A stretch of DNA of 56,492 nucleotides from a virus (taxonomy: Duplodnaviria; Caudoviricetes): IMG/VR virus record IMGVR_UViG_3300023284_000467, positions 1-56,492 of that record. One strand, given 5' to 3'. The translations under genes and the position numbers were made by a program. Each line of letters starts with the position of its first letter. Position 1 is the stretch's first letter. Positions 16,193 through 27,100 of this stretch are shown piece after piece. The notes beneath the pieces were generated by a model. The model was not told the origin of the DNA, did not search any database, and was given only the letters and a program-made list of their open reading frames with translations.

Positions 16193-17281
16193 TTAAATCT
16201 CGAACGGTCCCACGTAATAGTTTTGGTCCGGAAACTCTACCAGTGAGAGTTTACCAATAGAACCGCCAGCTAGAGGATACTCACAATATTTAGCTGTAGT
16301 CCCGTCTAGAAACAGAAACGCCAGAACCTTCGCCCCCCTCGTATAGACGTTGCAGCTGATACGGTTGATGGTTGCTGCGTCAATTATTTCCTCGTCTGTT
16401 CCCCATCCTGCGTCATCGGCGTTTTCATCGTGAAAAACATCCGTGTCGGTAATATCAGAAAAAAGCAAGTGAATCGTGGTTCCATCAACGGCTAAGCACA
16501 TCACGGGTGTTCCATTGTTAACCTTAACGTCAAGCGCAGAGACTACCGTATCTGTAGTAAGCGTGGGATCAGCTCCGCTGTCTAGCTTCGCGATAGAAAT
16601 TGAGCCGTCAGCATCTACATAAGGAATACGAACCTTTGTTGCTCCTGAGACGTAAGACACTGCCTGCCCGAACGGATGGTTCGTGTTCACAACAATAGTG
16701 GTGTCTATCGCCTGGTCAACAGTGTCCAAAGAATTGCTGGAGCTTAGTGAACGGTGGTATGCCGTAGCCGCTGAACCGCTGTCCTCATTATAAAAGAAGT
16801 GCATCCTGTCCGACACTCCAAGAATAACGACCGCACCAGTAAAATGTTCTGCGCTCCCCCCGTCAACACGTATATTCGTAGTCCAGGTGGTCACTTCACG
16901 GCGAGCATAAAACACGGCGTCGTCATTCGCATCATCTCCAGTATAAAGAATTATTCTGTCCCCGTCTGACCTCTCAGAAATCGAAACTCCGACTCCCTCT
17001 GCAAGATTTGGTTTATTTGTGACCACAAAGTCCGGTGCGAAAAAAAACCGTCCTACCCCAACATCAAATATATGGTTGTAGATTTTTCCGTCCGCATCCA
17101 CTGATGCTATCCTAATATCACCGCCAGTAGTCTCAAAACACCACAAGCTAACAGTGTCTCGACCATTATTCGTAGTATAATCAACCTGACTCCAATTCGC
17201 GTCAACATTAGGATCAGCTGTAGCCTTCATTGCTACAATGAACCTGGACTTATATAGCATTATTGCGTAAGTATCAGCCAT
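16193..17281 (-). CDS. Beta-rich (propeller-like) virion protein, paralog 2
   Basis: Same motifs; ends FPDQNYYVGPFEI. Confidence 0.75.
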   Translation of the reverse strand: MADTYAIMLYKSRFIVAMKATADPNVDANWSQVDYTTNNGRDTVSLWCFETTGGDIRIASVDADGKIYNHIFDVGVGRFFFAPDFVVTNKPNLAEGVGVSISERSDGDRIILYTGDDANDDAVFYARREVTTWTTNIRVDGGSAEHFTGAVVILGVSDRMHFFYNEDSGSAATAYHRSLSSSNSLDTVDQAIDTTIVVNTNHPFGQAVSYVSGATKVRIPYVDADGSISIAKLDSGADPTLTTDTVVSALDVKVNNGTPVMCLAVDGTTIHLLFSDITDTDVFHDENADDAGWGTDEEIIDAATINRISCNVYTRGAKVLAFLFLDGTTAKYCEYPLAGGSIGKLSLVEFPDQNYYVGPFEI

Positions 17282-17283
17282 AA

Positions 17284-19539
17284 TTATAGTTGGAATGGTC
17301 CGCAGTAATAGTTCTGGGTCGGAAATTCCGTAACACTCAGTTTATCGAGTCCTACCGGAACCTCACTGTACTTCATTGTCCCTCCGTCAGAATAGACAAT
17401 CCCCATAACATCACCGTCACCCCGATCGAAAATCGCGCAGGACAATCGGTCGGTTGTTGTGTGGCCGGTTTGGACATCGTTAATATTTAGCGCGGTTCGC
17501 CAAAAAGCTTCGCTCTCAACCCTCCTAGAAATCCAAGTTTCAAACGTGAGCCTGTCACTCCATACAACATAAGCGGTTGTGCCGTTCGTCGCCATACACG
17601 CTACCGCAGTCCCATTTTGAATCCTAGAATCCGAATTGGAGAGCGAAGCGTCGCTAATTAGAGTGGGATCTGCTCCGCTATCAAGCCTAGTAAAAGTCGT
17701 CGTGGATGTATCTCGATAGCAACAAAACACTTTCGTTGCGCCTGAAACATAGGAAATGCCTCGTACAAACAAGTGTGCTTGGCCTATAAAGGCTGTTGAA
17801 TCTATTTGTGCTTGTGTGTCCAGTGAGTTACCGCTGCTTAAAGACCTGTGGTAAACACGCGAGACGCTAAAAATCGCGTGTTCTTTATAAAAGAAGTGCA
17901 TTCGGTCTGATGCGCCTCGAACAACAGCAGCACCCTGAAAATCATTGGCGCTCCCTCCGTCAACACGCACGTCAGTGGTCCAGGAGCCTTCTTTTCTAGC
18001 GTAGTATACGGCGTCGTCACTAGCATCAGCGCCGGTGTACAAAATTATTATGTCACCGTCGGATCTCAGTGCTATAGAACATCCTTCGGATGCACTAACT
18101 GGATTATTAGTGACTACGGTCTCATCTTTGGTCGTCCAGGTATCTGTACCTGGATCAAAAAGATGGTAAGCAACACGACCATTCAGTTGCTGGGTAGCTA
18201 TATGGATGTCTTGGCCATCCTCAATGCACCAAAGACTTTGAATAGTATCTGTCCCTGTGATTGTAACCGAATCGTCCTGGTTGCTCCAATTGTTGTCTAA
18301 TAGAGGGTCACTGCTTGCCTTCATCGCAACAATTTTTAAGAGGTCTGCGGTCAAAGCAAACGTATAACTTGCACCGCCGATAAAAAATGGGCCGACGTAA
18401 TAATTGGCGGGGACCCAGGTGGCGTCACTCAACGCGGTAAAATCAACTGGTAACACGAATTGAATGACCTCATAGCTAACTATAGAGGTTGTGATGGTCG
18501 CTACCCGCATCCGATATCGAACCAGGTTAGACGCCGAGAAGTCTGCGGCACTCTGAATATCATCGATCTGGTTGCCGTCAATACTGTCATTCCGCCCGAC
18601 TGAGAACGGGTGACTCGCATGGTCTAGGCAGTTAATTATTGACCGTGCTTCATCGATGGTCGTTATACTGTCGGTTACTGACGCGCTGGTAAGGGCCACC
18701 GCTGCCTCCCTTTGCACGTCCCACTCCGTCCCTTGACATTCGACCACAGCAATACTGTGGGTTGAGGTGGCATTTTGGCCAGAAGGTGAAGCGTCTCCCC
18801 GTCTGACTCGGACTGTGGTAGAATTCTGGAGATCCGCTTGCCAGGCTCCATCCCGCATGTCGTCAGCACCTTCAGATGTTTCGTAGCTGTGTACCAAGAA
18901 GGTTTTTGTTTCAACGGTAGTTCCGATCGTATCTGTCCCAGAAGTAGCCGAGCTAGACGTAACATCAATCTCCCTGTGATCAACGATAAATTCAGTCGAG
19001 CTGCATTTGATTACATAGAGTGTTCCGTTGCAGTCTCCCACACTAGCTCGCCGAGAAAGAGTGACCGAAGTCGTTGATCCACCGTTATATCTAACTTGTA
19101 CAGCCGCATCGTTCCAATCATCGTCACTGGATTGGGGTGAAGTATACTGATAGGAGTAAATCATGAACGCGGTAGATTGCGTGGTTACGTTGTTAATTGT
19201 TTGATTAAAGGAGGCGGTCCCGTCAGTTAATCCAGTGACGGTTCTCTTCTCGATGGTTATTGACGTGTCCCATTCGACGATAAATATTTGGAATATAGAA
19301 GCGTCCGTATCAGCTCTGGCTGACGCGGATACCCGTACAGCAGCTGTCCCCGAATTATCGATGATCTCAACTTCACCAAGTCGATCTTGGTGTTGGTCGG
19401 TGATTGTGCCAGTATTCCTGACGGACCAGAAGGGTGTGCATTGGGCGTGAGCTTGTCCCTTAGAAAGATTTACGGCGGTGCCTTCAGTAGCAGCAGTAAT
19501 CGAAACTTCTTTGTATTCAACGGATTTTACGACGGCCAT
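17284..19539 (-). CDS. Two-part virion protein: N-terminal beta repeats plus propeller-like paralog 1
   Basis: C-terminal half homologous to the next two genes; ends FPTQNYYCGPFQL. Confidence 0.75.
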   Translation of the reverse strand: MAVVKSVEYKEVSITAATEGTAVNLSKGQAHAQCTPFWSVRNTGTITDQHQDRLGEVEIIDNSGTAAVRVSASARADTDASIFQIFIVEWDTSITIEKRTVTGLTDGTASFNQTINNVTTQSTAFMIYSYQYTSPQSSDDDWNDAAVQVRYNGGSTTSVTLSRRASVGDCNGTLYVIKCSSTEFIVDHREIDVTSSSATSGTDTIGTTVETKTFLVHSYETSEGADDMRDGAWQADLQNSTTVRVRRGDASPSGQNATSTHSIAVVECQGTEWDVQREAAVALTSASVTDSITTIDEARSIINCLDHASHPFSVGRNDSIDGNQIDDIQSAADFSASNLVRYRMRVATITTSIVSYEVIQFVLPVDFTALSDATWVPANYYVGPFFIGGASYTFALTADLLKIVAMKASSDPLLDNNWSNQDDSVTITGTDTIQSLWCIEDGQDIHIATQQLNGRVAYHLFDPGTDTWTTKDETVVTNNPVSASEGCSIALRSDGDIIILYTGADASDDAVYYARKEGSWTTDVRVDGGSANDFQGAAVVRGASDRMHFFYKEHAIFSVSRVYHRSLSSGNSLDTQAQIDSTAFIGQAHLFVRGISYVSGATKVFCCYRDTSTTTFTRLDSGADPTLISDASLSNSDSRIQNGTAVACMATNGTTAYVVWSDRLTFETWISRRVESEAFWRTALNINDVQTGHTTTDRLSCAIFDRGDGDVMGIVYSDGGTMKYSEVPVGLDKLSVTEFPTQNYYCGPFQL

Positions 19540-19546
19540 TTTGCAT

Positions 19547-19864
19547 CTAAGGAACTAGATCTTGGCCGGTAACCCCTGCAACGTCGTCCCAAACTGCAAC
19601 AATTCGGGCTTCTATTACTGAGTCGATTGAGGTAGCGTCTATAGTAACATCAGCCGCAACTGCCAGAGAAAATGGCAAAATCCATTCATGGGGTCGAGTC
19701 AACACTCTTGTCGCTAGATTCCCTCGTCTTGACCATTGAATATCCGTTAGTGAAGTCTTCGCTTCCCCTTGAACATCGGTAGCGACCTTGGCGATAGCGA
19801 TTTTTATCTTGCTCCGAAAATCGCTTGTTTCAGAAAAGTTGAATGATTCCAAGAAAGACGCCAT
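19547..19864 (-). CDS. Hypothetical protein in tail-fibre region
   Basis: AAGGAGA SD. Confidence 0.65.
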   Translation of the reverse strand: MASFLESFNFSETSDFRSKIKIAIAKVATDVQGEAKTSLTDIQWSRRGNLATRVLTRPHEWILPFSLAVAADVTIDATSIDSVIEARIVAVWDDVAGVTGQDLVP

Positions 19865-19875
19865 AATCTCTCCTT

Positions 19876-20439
19876 CTAGCTTTCAATCACGTAGTGACTG
19901 ACCAGAACTCTCAATCTTCCACCTGTTGGAACTTCATTCGTAATTCGCAGGTCTGCATCGTCGGCACCCACACCGACAATACCGGCCCCATTACCCCTTA
20001 CAATTCCAGACCCAGCGGCAATACCAGCATGAGACAGGACAACTCCGTCGACCGTATTACCATCGGTTGGTTCAGTGGGAACAGCAGTGGTACCGAACCC
20101 AATTCGAACTCCGACGTCAACTGAAACTGCATTGTCAATCGTAGCCTCGATCATCGTGACGACGATTTTATTCCCTGTGGCGATGGTAATTATCGGGTCA
20201 TCTGTTTGCGCCGTCGTTGCGACGTATTCCCGCGAAACAACGTTCGGGTGGCCGCCAATGACCCAAGGAATCCCGTGACGGTTTGCATACCAATCAGTTC
20301 TATCATTGGCAGCTACGGCGGTTGGACTTGCACCATGCGCGAGTGCCTTTTGACCAACCTTAACAGGGTTGTCTCCATCGGCGGCATCATGCGCTCTGGT
20401 GCCGTGGGTCTGTTGACCTTGGCCGGTTACATCAGCCAT
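19876..20439 (-). CDS. Fibre-like virion protein
   Basis: NPVKVG...PTAVAAND motif shared with 20445..22052. Confidence 0.65.
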   Translation of the reverse strand: MADVTGQGQQTHGTRAHDAADGDNPVKVGQKALAHGASPTAVAANDRTDWYANRHGIPWVIGGHPNVVSREYVATTAQTDDPIITIATGNKIVVTMIEATIDNAVSVDVGVRIGFGTTAVPTEPTDGNTVDGVVLSHAGIAAGSGIVRGNGAGIVGVGADDADLRITNEVPTGGRLRVLVSHYVIES

Positions 20440-20444
20440 TCAAC

Positions 20445-22052
20445 TTAGTCCTCGTAGTACATCGTTACATAGAAGTCTGCCGACTCACTTGTGTCCATGT
20501 TTTGAACAAGAACTTCAAAGCCATCGAAGCCCGCAGTACCCGCCCATATTTTCTCGTTATAATCTCTCTGAGGTGGGCGATATTGCAGAGGCTCGCCGGA
20601 GCGACCAAACAGAGTCGTGATCCTTGTCTTAACATCGTTATCCACGATGTTGATCGAAGCCTTGAAAGGCACAGAAGCCGACACATCAACACCAGCAAGG
20701 CGAAAAGTGTCAGCTCCAAAATCCACAGTACGAAATTCAGTTGTGGATTCCACGCCAGCCGCGAGAGTAACCGCGCTACTTCCTGCCTCATCTCTTGCCG
20801 GTGTGCTTGGAGAACCGGCTCCCGCATTTGGATCTGTTACATGCAAGCGGCCAAGTGAATCGGTTGTCAATGGAATGTACTGCCCATCGGCCGCAAGACC
20901 CACTGGCGTGTCATCCCGGACAGCAAGGGCGAGAACTCCAACGTCCCCCGAAGTGTGCGCGCCAGATTCCGCTTTGCCCAAGTTGGTCGCACCTGTTAGC
21001 GGAACAACACTAGTAACATCCACATCACCAATGTCGATGCCGCTGTTAGGATCATCTAATTTCCAAAGGCCAGATTGACTAGATGGAACAACATCGTCTG
21101 TTGCAACGGTTACTCTGAGACTGTCCGCCGTTCTCACGCCAGTATTTGTTTCAAGGGGGTTCGCTCCCGTTCCACGTAACTGAACGTGCATCGCCTTGTT
21201 GGGTGTGATTCTTACTGGCGATACGTTGCCCTCAGTCGCTACGACTGGTCCAGTGTCATCCATCATACCACCGATTGCATTGGCCTCTTTGAAAAGTTCG
21301 TTGGCGGTGTGCGCTGCGATGGAAAGGAAATCACCAGTGCCAGCATTTGCAGTCACGGTTCCAGAGACTGCCACGGTGTCATCTGTTGATACAGTAACCC
21401 GCAGCGTATCAACCCCGCTCGTGCCAGCGTCCAGATCTAACGGGTTGGCACCAGTGCCGCGCAGCGTTGTATGCATAGCTTTTTGCGCGGTGATCCTCAC
21501 TGGGGAAACGTTGCCTTCAGTTGCGACAACCACGGAAGCGTCGTCCATCATGCCGCCGAAAGCACCTGCCTCTTTGAAAACTTCGTTGGCAGTATGTCCA
21601 ATGACGGTAAGAAAATCGCCAGTACCTGCGTCCGCCGTTACGGTTCCGGTGATTGTTACCGTCGCGGTAGCTGTAGCAATGTCGATGGGCAATGCGGTGC
21701 CGCCAGTGAAGACTAGCAAGTCTCCGGTTTCATCTGTGAGCGTCACCCGCACAGCACCCTCACGGGACAGCCAAGCATCAACAACGTCGCCATCCGCACT
21801 AACGGGAGTTGGTACGGCATCGCTCGCTCGGCCTCCAATCGTTACCGGATCGTTTGCAATGGGGACATCCCCGGCGGTGCCACCTGCAATGTCGATGGGA
21901 TTTAAGGCTTGCGCCGCAATATCGACATTGACAGTCACACTCGATGCGCCGATATCGACTTGTAAAAATCCACCCGAATCAACTGCCGCTTGCTGTGAAG
22001 TCGTTGTTGGATCAACGATCTTCATCGCTTGTACTACTCGTTCGTCAGCCAT
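20445..22052 (-). CDS. Fibre-like virion protein with about 95-aa internal duplication
   Basis: AGTGDFL..HTANE.FKEA...TEGNVSPVRIT..KAMH occurs twice; C-terminal domain paralogous to 22608..23171. Confidence 0.7.
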   Translation of the reverse strand: MADERVVQAMKIVDPTTTSQQAAVDSGGFLQVDIGASSVTVNVDIAAQALNPIDIAGGTAGDVPIANDPVTIGGRASDAVPTPVSADGDVVDAWLSREGAVRVTLTDETGDLLVFTGGTALPIDIATATATVTITGTVTADAGTGDFLTVIGHTANEVFKEAGAFGGMMDDASVVVATEGNVSPVRITAQKAMHTTLRGTGANPLDLDAGTSGVDTLRVTVSTDDTVAVSGTVTANAGTGDFLSIAAHTANELFKEANAIGGMMDDTGPVVATEGNVSPVRITPNKAMHVQLRGTGANPLETNTGVRTADSLRVTVATDDVVPSSQSGLWKLDDPNSGIDIGDVDVTSVVPLTGATNLGKAESGAHTSGDVGVLALAVRDDTPVGLAADGQYIPLTTDSLGRLHVTDPNAGAGSPSTPARDEAGSSAVTLAAGVESTTEFRTVDFGADTFRLAGVDVSASVPFKASINIVDNDVKTRITTLFGRSGEPLQYRPPQRDYNEKIWAGTAGFDGFEVLVQNMDTSESADFYVTMYYED

Positions 22053-22055
22053 GGT

Positions 22056-22280
22056 TTAGCCCTCCTTGAGTTTTCCGTGAGCCTGTTCCAGGCTCGCAAG
22101 TGATTTTTTGTATCCAGCAATCGCATCCTTCGCTGCATTCATGTTTTCAAGGTGCCTTTGTTTACGGTCTTCCATCTCCATGATATCGAGTTTGTTTTTC
22201 TCAATCGCTTGTTCCTGTGTGACGATCTGGAATCTCAACCGTTGCTGTTCAAGCTGGTAATTTGGCATAACATCTGCCAT
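22056..22280 (-). CDS. Small coiled-coil protein
   Basis: TAATG coupling; heptad pattern. Confidence 0.65.
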   Translation of the reverse strand: MADVMPNYQLEQQRLRFQIVTQEQAIEKNKLDIMEMEDRKQRHLENMNAAKDAIAGYKKSLASLEQAHGKLKEG

Positions 22281-22618
22281 TATTTTTTGTCCTTCTCGCT
22301 TTCCTTTGATTTCGGAAACAACTCTCCGGTACTGTAGTTAACATCGATTTCATCCGGTAGTTTATAGCGTTGCTGGAAGCCGAACCAAAGGGCGTTCACT
22401 CCCCGAATCATCAAGTCGTATTCGTTTTTCTTGTATTGAAGGCAGAGTTTGGCCAGCTTCGCTTGCTCTAATTCCGTGGGGTTTAAGATGGCGAGCGGAA
22501 CTATTCTGGGTTCGGACTTCGAATCAGTTGATTCTTTACCGTTCCCAGAGTGTTCCTTCTTGTTCTCTGCGACTTTCGCAGGCACGCGTTTGACCATGTT
22601 TGGGGTCTTATACTTCAT
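22280..22618 (-). CDS. Hypothetical protein
   Basis: Overlaps the upstream stop. Confidence 0.6.
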   Translation of the reverse strand: MKYKTPNMVKRVPAKVAENKKEHSGNGKESTDSKSEPRIVPLAILNPTELEQAKLAKLCLQYKKNEYDLMIRGVNALWFGFQQRYKLPDEIDVNYSTGELFPKSKESEKDKK

Positions 22619-23171
22619 CGAAAAAGAAGGCTCCGTAGAGATCCGCTGGCTGACTGGTATCCAAGTTTACCACTATTGCCCGAAACCCGTCAAACCCCGC
22701 CCCAGCGTTTTGAGCTTGCTGGACAAATTCCCTGGCTGGCGTTTTCCAATTCCACTTCCTATCTGCTGAGAATGCTGTCACTTTATTAGTCGCGACCCCA
22801 TTCAAGACGGTTTGGATTGTGGCCTTGAAAGGGACGGAGCTGCTAATCACGGCCCCGAGCAATTTCCCAGTAAGACCGGACCCAATTTGATCGCTGTCCA
22901 GGTTGGCAGAAGATCCGGCTGCAATAGTTGTGGCTGTGACATAAGTGACCTTGGGAGACTTTGTCTCAATCAGTCGGGCAAGTAAAGCGTATTCTGAACC
23001 GGCTGGATCTACATTTAAAACCTCAGCAAGCGCCGCAATAACAGCACCCGCGATTTGCATCCGCTCGCGGTGTACGATGTCACTACCACCAGCACCACCG
23101 CCAGTTACTCTCTCGGAGTCTAGCTTTTTACCCGACCCATCAGGCGGAACTTGTACGAAATCGTTTGACAC
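22608..23171 (-). CDS. Virion protein
   Basis: VQVPPDGSGKKLD N-terminus; SVPFKA...GFDGF...DTS..AD.Y C-terminal domain. Confidence 0.65.
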   Translation of the reverse strand: MSNDFVQVPPDGSGKKLDSERVTGGGAGGSDIVHRERMQIAGAVIAALAEVLNVDPAGSEYALLARLIETKSPKVTYVTATTIAAGSSANLDSDQIGSGLTGKLLGAVISSSVPFKATIQTVLNGVATNKVTAFSADRKWNWKTPAREFVQQAQNAGAGFDGFRAIVVNLDTSQPADLYGAFFFDEV

Positions 23172-23184
23172 CTTGTTCCTTCAA

Positions 23185-23337
23185 CTAGCCCCGAAAGAGG
23201 AGACTATAAAGTTGCTTAACAGAAAACCGTAGAACAAATCCAACGACCTTGAAAGCCGCTACTATTGTTCGGTGCCAATAGTTTAGATTCCAATAATTCG
23301 TGTTCCAGTAATCATCTCGCCAATAATTACCAGGCAT
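23185..23337 (-). CDS. 50-aa protein with YW pentapeptide repeats, missing from the ORF track
   Basis: Hand translation MPGNYWRDDYWNTNYWNLNYWHRTIVAAFKVVGFVLRFSVKQLYSLLFRG. Confidence 0.7.
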   Translation of the reverse strand: MPGNYWRDDYWNTNYWNLNYWHRTIVAAFKVVGFVLRFSVKQLYSLLFRG

Positions 23338-23338
23338 T

Positions 23339-23953
23339 CTAACTACTCGGTGTCAGCGTAATCGACGTCCGGTTATTGCTTGTGTCAACTACCGCAACAA
23401 TACGGGTTGCAACTCCATCGGACGACTTAAAAGTCAAACCATTTCCGCTGGTCTCTCCAGCAACAGCAGCCAGAACTATACTCATCGCCTGCTGAAAAGT
23501 AATCGACGTCTGTGTTTCAACAATTTCCGCCATTACAGCCGCAGCAGCAGCAGAAGCATCTCCAGAGGCGATCGTTGCGGACGACGATTGAGCGATGACA
23601 ACCTGCGTGAACGCCGTCGTCTGGACGGGGTCAATAATAGCCTGGACAGCGTCTACGGCAACCAGATTGCCACCAGACACGGTGCATTGAACGAAAGATG
23701 GTCCAGCCCTGGCCGCAAACGCGACCTTCGCATTCTGGAGTGTCAGGGTGATTCCAACCTGGACTCCACCACCAAGAGCTTCCTTGCCTCCAGCCGAAAC
23801 CAGAATCAGTTGGCTCATATTTCGGGGCTTCTTCTCGATGTCTCGGAGCGTATCGTACAGATCCTGAATGGTCAGGACAACACTCGGCGCAGCAACGGTG
23901 ATGATCCTTGGCGCCACCGTGAAATCAACAGTAATATCAGTTCGGACCGCCAT
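23339..23953 (-). CDS. Virion structural protein
   Basis: TIQDLYD..R...SAGGKEALGGG; ends RIVAVVDTSNNRTSITL. Confidence 0.65.
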   Translation of the reverse strand: MAVRTDITVDFTVAPRIITVAAPSVVLTIQDLYDTLRDIEKKPRNMSQLILVSAGGKEALGGGVQVGITLTLQNAKVAFAARAGPSFVQCTVSGGNLVAVDAVQAIIDPVQTTAFTQVVIAQSSSATIASGDASAAAAAVMAEIVETQTSITFQQAMSIVLAAVAGETSGNGLTFKSSDGVATRIVAVVDTSNNRTSITLTPSS

Positions 23954-24104
23954 TTTTCTTAGCCTCCGCGACGGCTATATGCTTTTCGTATTCAGCCCTT
24001 CGTCTCTTCAGCTCAGTGATAGCCTTTTCATACGTTTCGATATCTCCTGAGATCGCGATCACGCCCCTTCGGAGGGCATTTATGTCATAACCAGGATCAG
24101 CCAT
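23937..24104 (-). CDS. 55-aa coiled-coil protein, missing from the ORF track
   Basis: Hand translation MADPGYDINALRRGVIAISGDIETYEKAITELKRRRAEYEKHIAVAEAKKNGGPN; TAATG coupling. Confidence 0.6.
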   Translation of the reverse strand: MADPGYDINALRRGVIAISGDIETYEKAITELKRRRAEYEKHIAVAEAKKNGGPN

Positions 24105-27100
24105 TAAGTGATAATCGTGTCGGTCGTGCGAATGGCTGCGATCGACCTCCCTGTCGAAATCACCGAGCTATCCTGCGTGAACGGTAAAATAGACGTTGCA
24201 GCAGTCCTTCGGACATCCGCTCTGATATCAATATCAGTCGAGTACGTGATGGTCGTAGTCTCAGAAGTCGCGTCTGCAACCCTCTCAATCAGCGGAACAA
24301 AGGCACTGTCCAGCCCATAATTCTCAACCAGCGTATTGATATTGTACGAATCACCATCCCACTCACTCACACCAGAAAGCTGTTCGGTATCGAGTTCCGT
24401 TGCACTCACGACGACCGTTACGCGGACAAATTCATCTTGCGTAATGTTCCGAACATAATCGCCAACCTCAATCGCCGGAGCCGTGGTGAACGTCCCGGTC
24501 GTATCATGCAGTCGGGTGTTGCTAGAATTGCCTCCATCCGCCGTTCCGGTCTTGGCAGCATCTAGCGTGAAAGTCGCTGATGAGAACGAAGCATAACGGT
24601 AGCGATGTTCTTCACCACTGCTACTTATGATACGAATCTTGGTGCTAGCAATAGACGGGTTGTCAGACGGGATCGAAGCATCAACCACAACAGTCGTATC
24701 CCCCTTGTTGTTTCCAGCAGCCAGCGTGAACTGGGTCTTGTTGATCACCAACGCGGTACGCCTCATGATCGAGACGGTGTCTCCTGATATCAGATTCGTA
24801 AGCTCGACTGTCTGTTTGTTTGGCGGGTTCCTAGTTACACCGTTGTCATCGATCGTGGAATACGCTTGCGCTTCACCAGCCGCCATTTCAGCCGGGGTCG
24901 GAGCCAGACCAGGAGCCATGAAAAACTTCGAGGCTCCAGGAAATGTACCGAACGGTGCAGATGTGATCGGCGCAACCGTTCTTACTGACGCAATCGTAGC
25001 TGTCACAAAATCCTGAATCCCAATCGTGTCATATGTTGGATTCGTGCTGTAGACAGTGGTTACTCGGAACCGAACCATATACAGAGCCTGCGACGATTGG
25101 ACAGTCCCATCACTGATGCCCCTGGTCTGCCAATCAACCGGCGGATAAAAATCAACATTCACTGCTCCAACAGCATTCGTAAAATCCGACGTTCCATCTG
25201 AGAAGCCAGGAGCAGTCTCCAAATCCACCCAGGCCGCACCATCCCAATATTCCCAAGCACCTACTCCACCGACACCCTGGATGCCTCCAGTGTTATCCAG
25301 GGTGATTCGAGCGAACGGCTTCTTTGCAGCCATGATGAAATAATCACCTGTGGCCTCAGTCGCCGGAAAAGGCAGCACGTCGCCAACACCAGCCGACAGT
25401 GCATCAGCAGATTCATCGACAACGCCAAGCGGCGAAGCATCGACCTGAAATACGAACGAATCCGTATCCATTACCTGGGTCGGGTCGGGACTGTCAGACA
25501 CGACATTCGTGCCAAAAGTTCCTCTGACACTTCTTACGATCAAATCTCCAGTCGCGCCATCATCATGGTCAGCAACAATTACACCCACAGCATCGGTGGT
25601 CTGATCGTAGACCCTACGACCTTCAGCGAAGTTTCCACCAGCCTGCCCTGTGTATTCGATCTGCAACTCAGAGCCTATATAAAAACGGCCTTCCTGACCA
25701 TCCGTCGATGCGGTCGCCGTCTCAGCACGTCGAGCCAGATATTTTGCCCGTTCATAAGCTAACGCCATGGTCTTTGACGAAGCGTTGCTCAAATCAATGC
25801 TGTACGGATCAGCAGTACCATTTTCGTTGATGTCGCGGGTAAACTGTCCATGCGCGAACGTTATATCGGTATCCGAGGACGGCCCAACGTTTGTCGGCCC
25901 ACCAGCCACATCGAAATTCTTTCGTGATCCAGCCGACGTGGTCAATGCAACAACAACATCATTATCGACCAAATCAGCAACAGGATCACCGATCAGATAA
26001 TAGTCGGCATTTCCAGTGGCTCCAGCAGGAGTTATAATGGCCGTATCAGCGACCCGAGCTTTCAACTGTAATTCCCCACCAACCCAGCAGGTATCAAGAA
26101 TCGGCTCGGTTGTCAGATTACCGACAACAGACAGTCTGATTCTCACGTAGTACAAATTCGTCGGTGCAGTCGCCGGTTGGTTCGTGATATTCGTTCTTGC
26201 CCAATCAGAAGGAGGTGTAAACGTGATCAGACCACGGCCTAACGTGTCAAAGGCACCATTACCTCCATCGGTATCATCTGTCACTGTCAGGGTTTGCCAG
26301 GTCGTCCCATCGAAGTACTCCCACACCTGCGTACTGGTTGTACCATTGTGGACAGTGCCGACATCAATCATCAACAGCCTGAAAATGTTATCTTTTCCGA
26401 AATACAAAGCATCGCTCGCCGCAGCCGGATCTTCGTACACATTGACATCCCCAGTCGCCGTACTGTTCGCATCTGTGGTGTCATCACTAAACACTCCGCC
26501 GTTGTCTTGAACAACAGCATCCATGTTACCTGCACCAACCGCACCGACGACATACAGCAGCTCCTCATCGACAAGCGTGGTGCCAGTATCGCCGTTATCC
26601 CACACCAAATTTCTCGTTCCGGTCGTGTTATCCAGATCATCACCAGTCGACAACGGGACAACGGTGTTTCCACCAGCGGTCGCCAAGCCAGTCGCTATGA
26701 AATGCGAGTACGTCTTCGAGTACTGGCGAGCGAACACTGTTGCCACAGCGGTCACCGGAGAGCTGTTTGGCAACGGACCAAAAACACTATCAGCCTCCTT
26801 AACTTTCACCAGAATGTCTAACTGGCCATCATTCCACCAGTCAGCAGTCCCCTTGGTCGCCACAACAAGATTTTCTTCGTTGATCAAATCAGGATCTTCC
26901 TGCGAAATATAATTATGCGTGTCAGTCTCGACAGTACCAATCGTAGTAATTCCGACCCAAGCACTCTCGCCGCCCCTAGACGCTGCTCCGTGACGATTAT
27001 GGTCAGCGAAGGCTCCTGCTCCAACACCACTCATAAAAATCTGACTCATGGTCGGCTCAGTACTATAAATCGTGGTGACCCGGAACCGTACCCAGTACAA

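Noticed and set aside
17040-17048. A9 tract as a frameshift
   Set aside because: The ORF is intact and aligns without gaps to its paralogs here
15129-19539. Diversity-generating retroelement
   Set aside because: No reverse transcriptase and no near-identical template/variable repeat pair seen
21196-22059. Long plus-strand ORFs (also 47177..47875, 49194..49886 and others)
   Set aside because: Antisense shadows of well-supported minus-strand genes with no motifs
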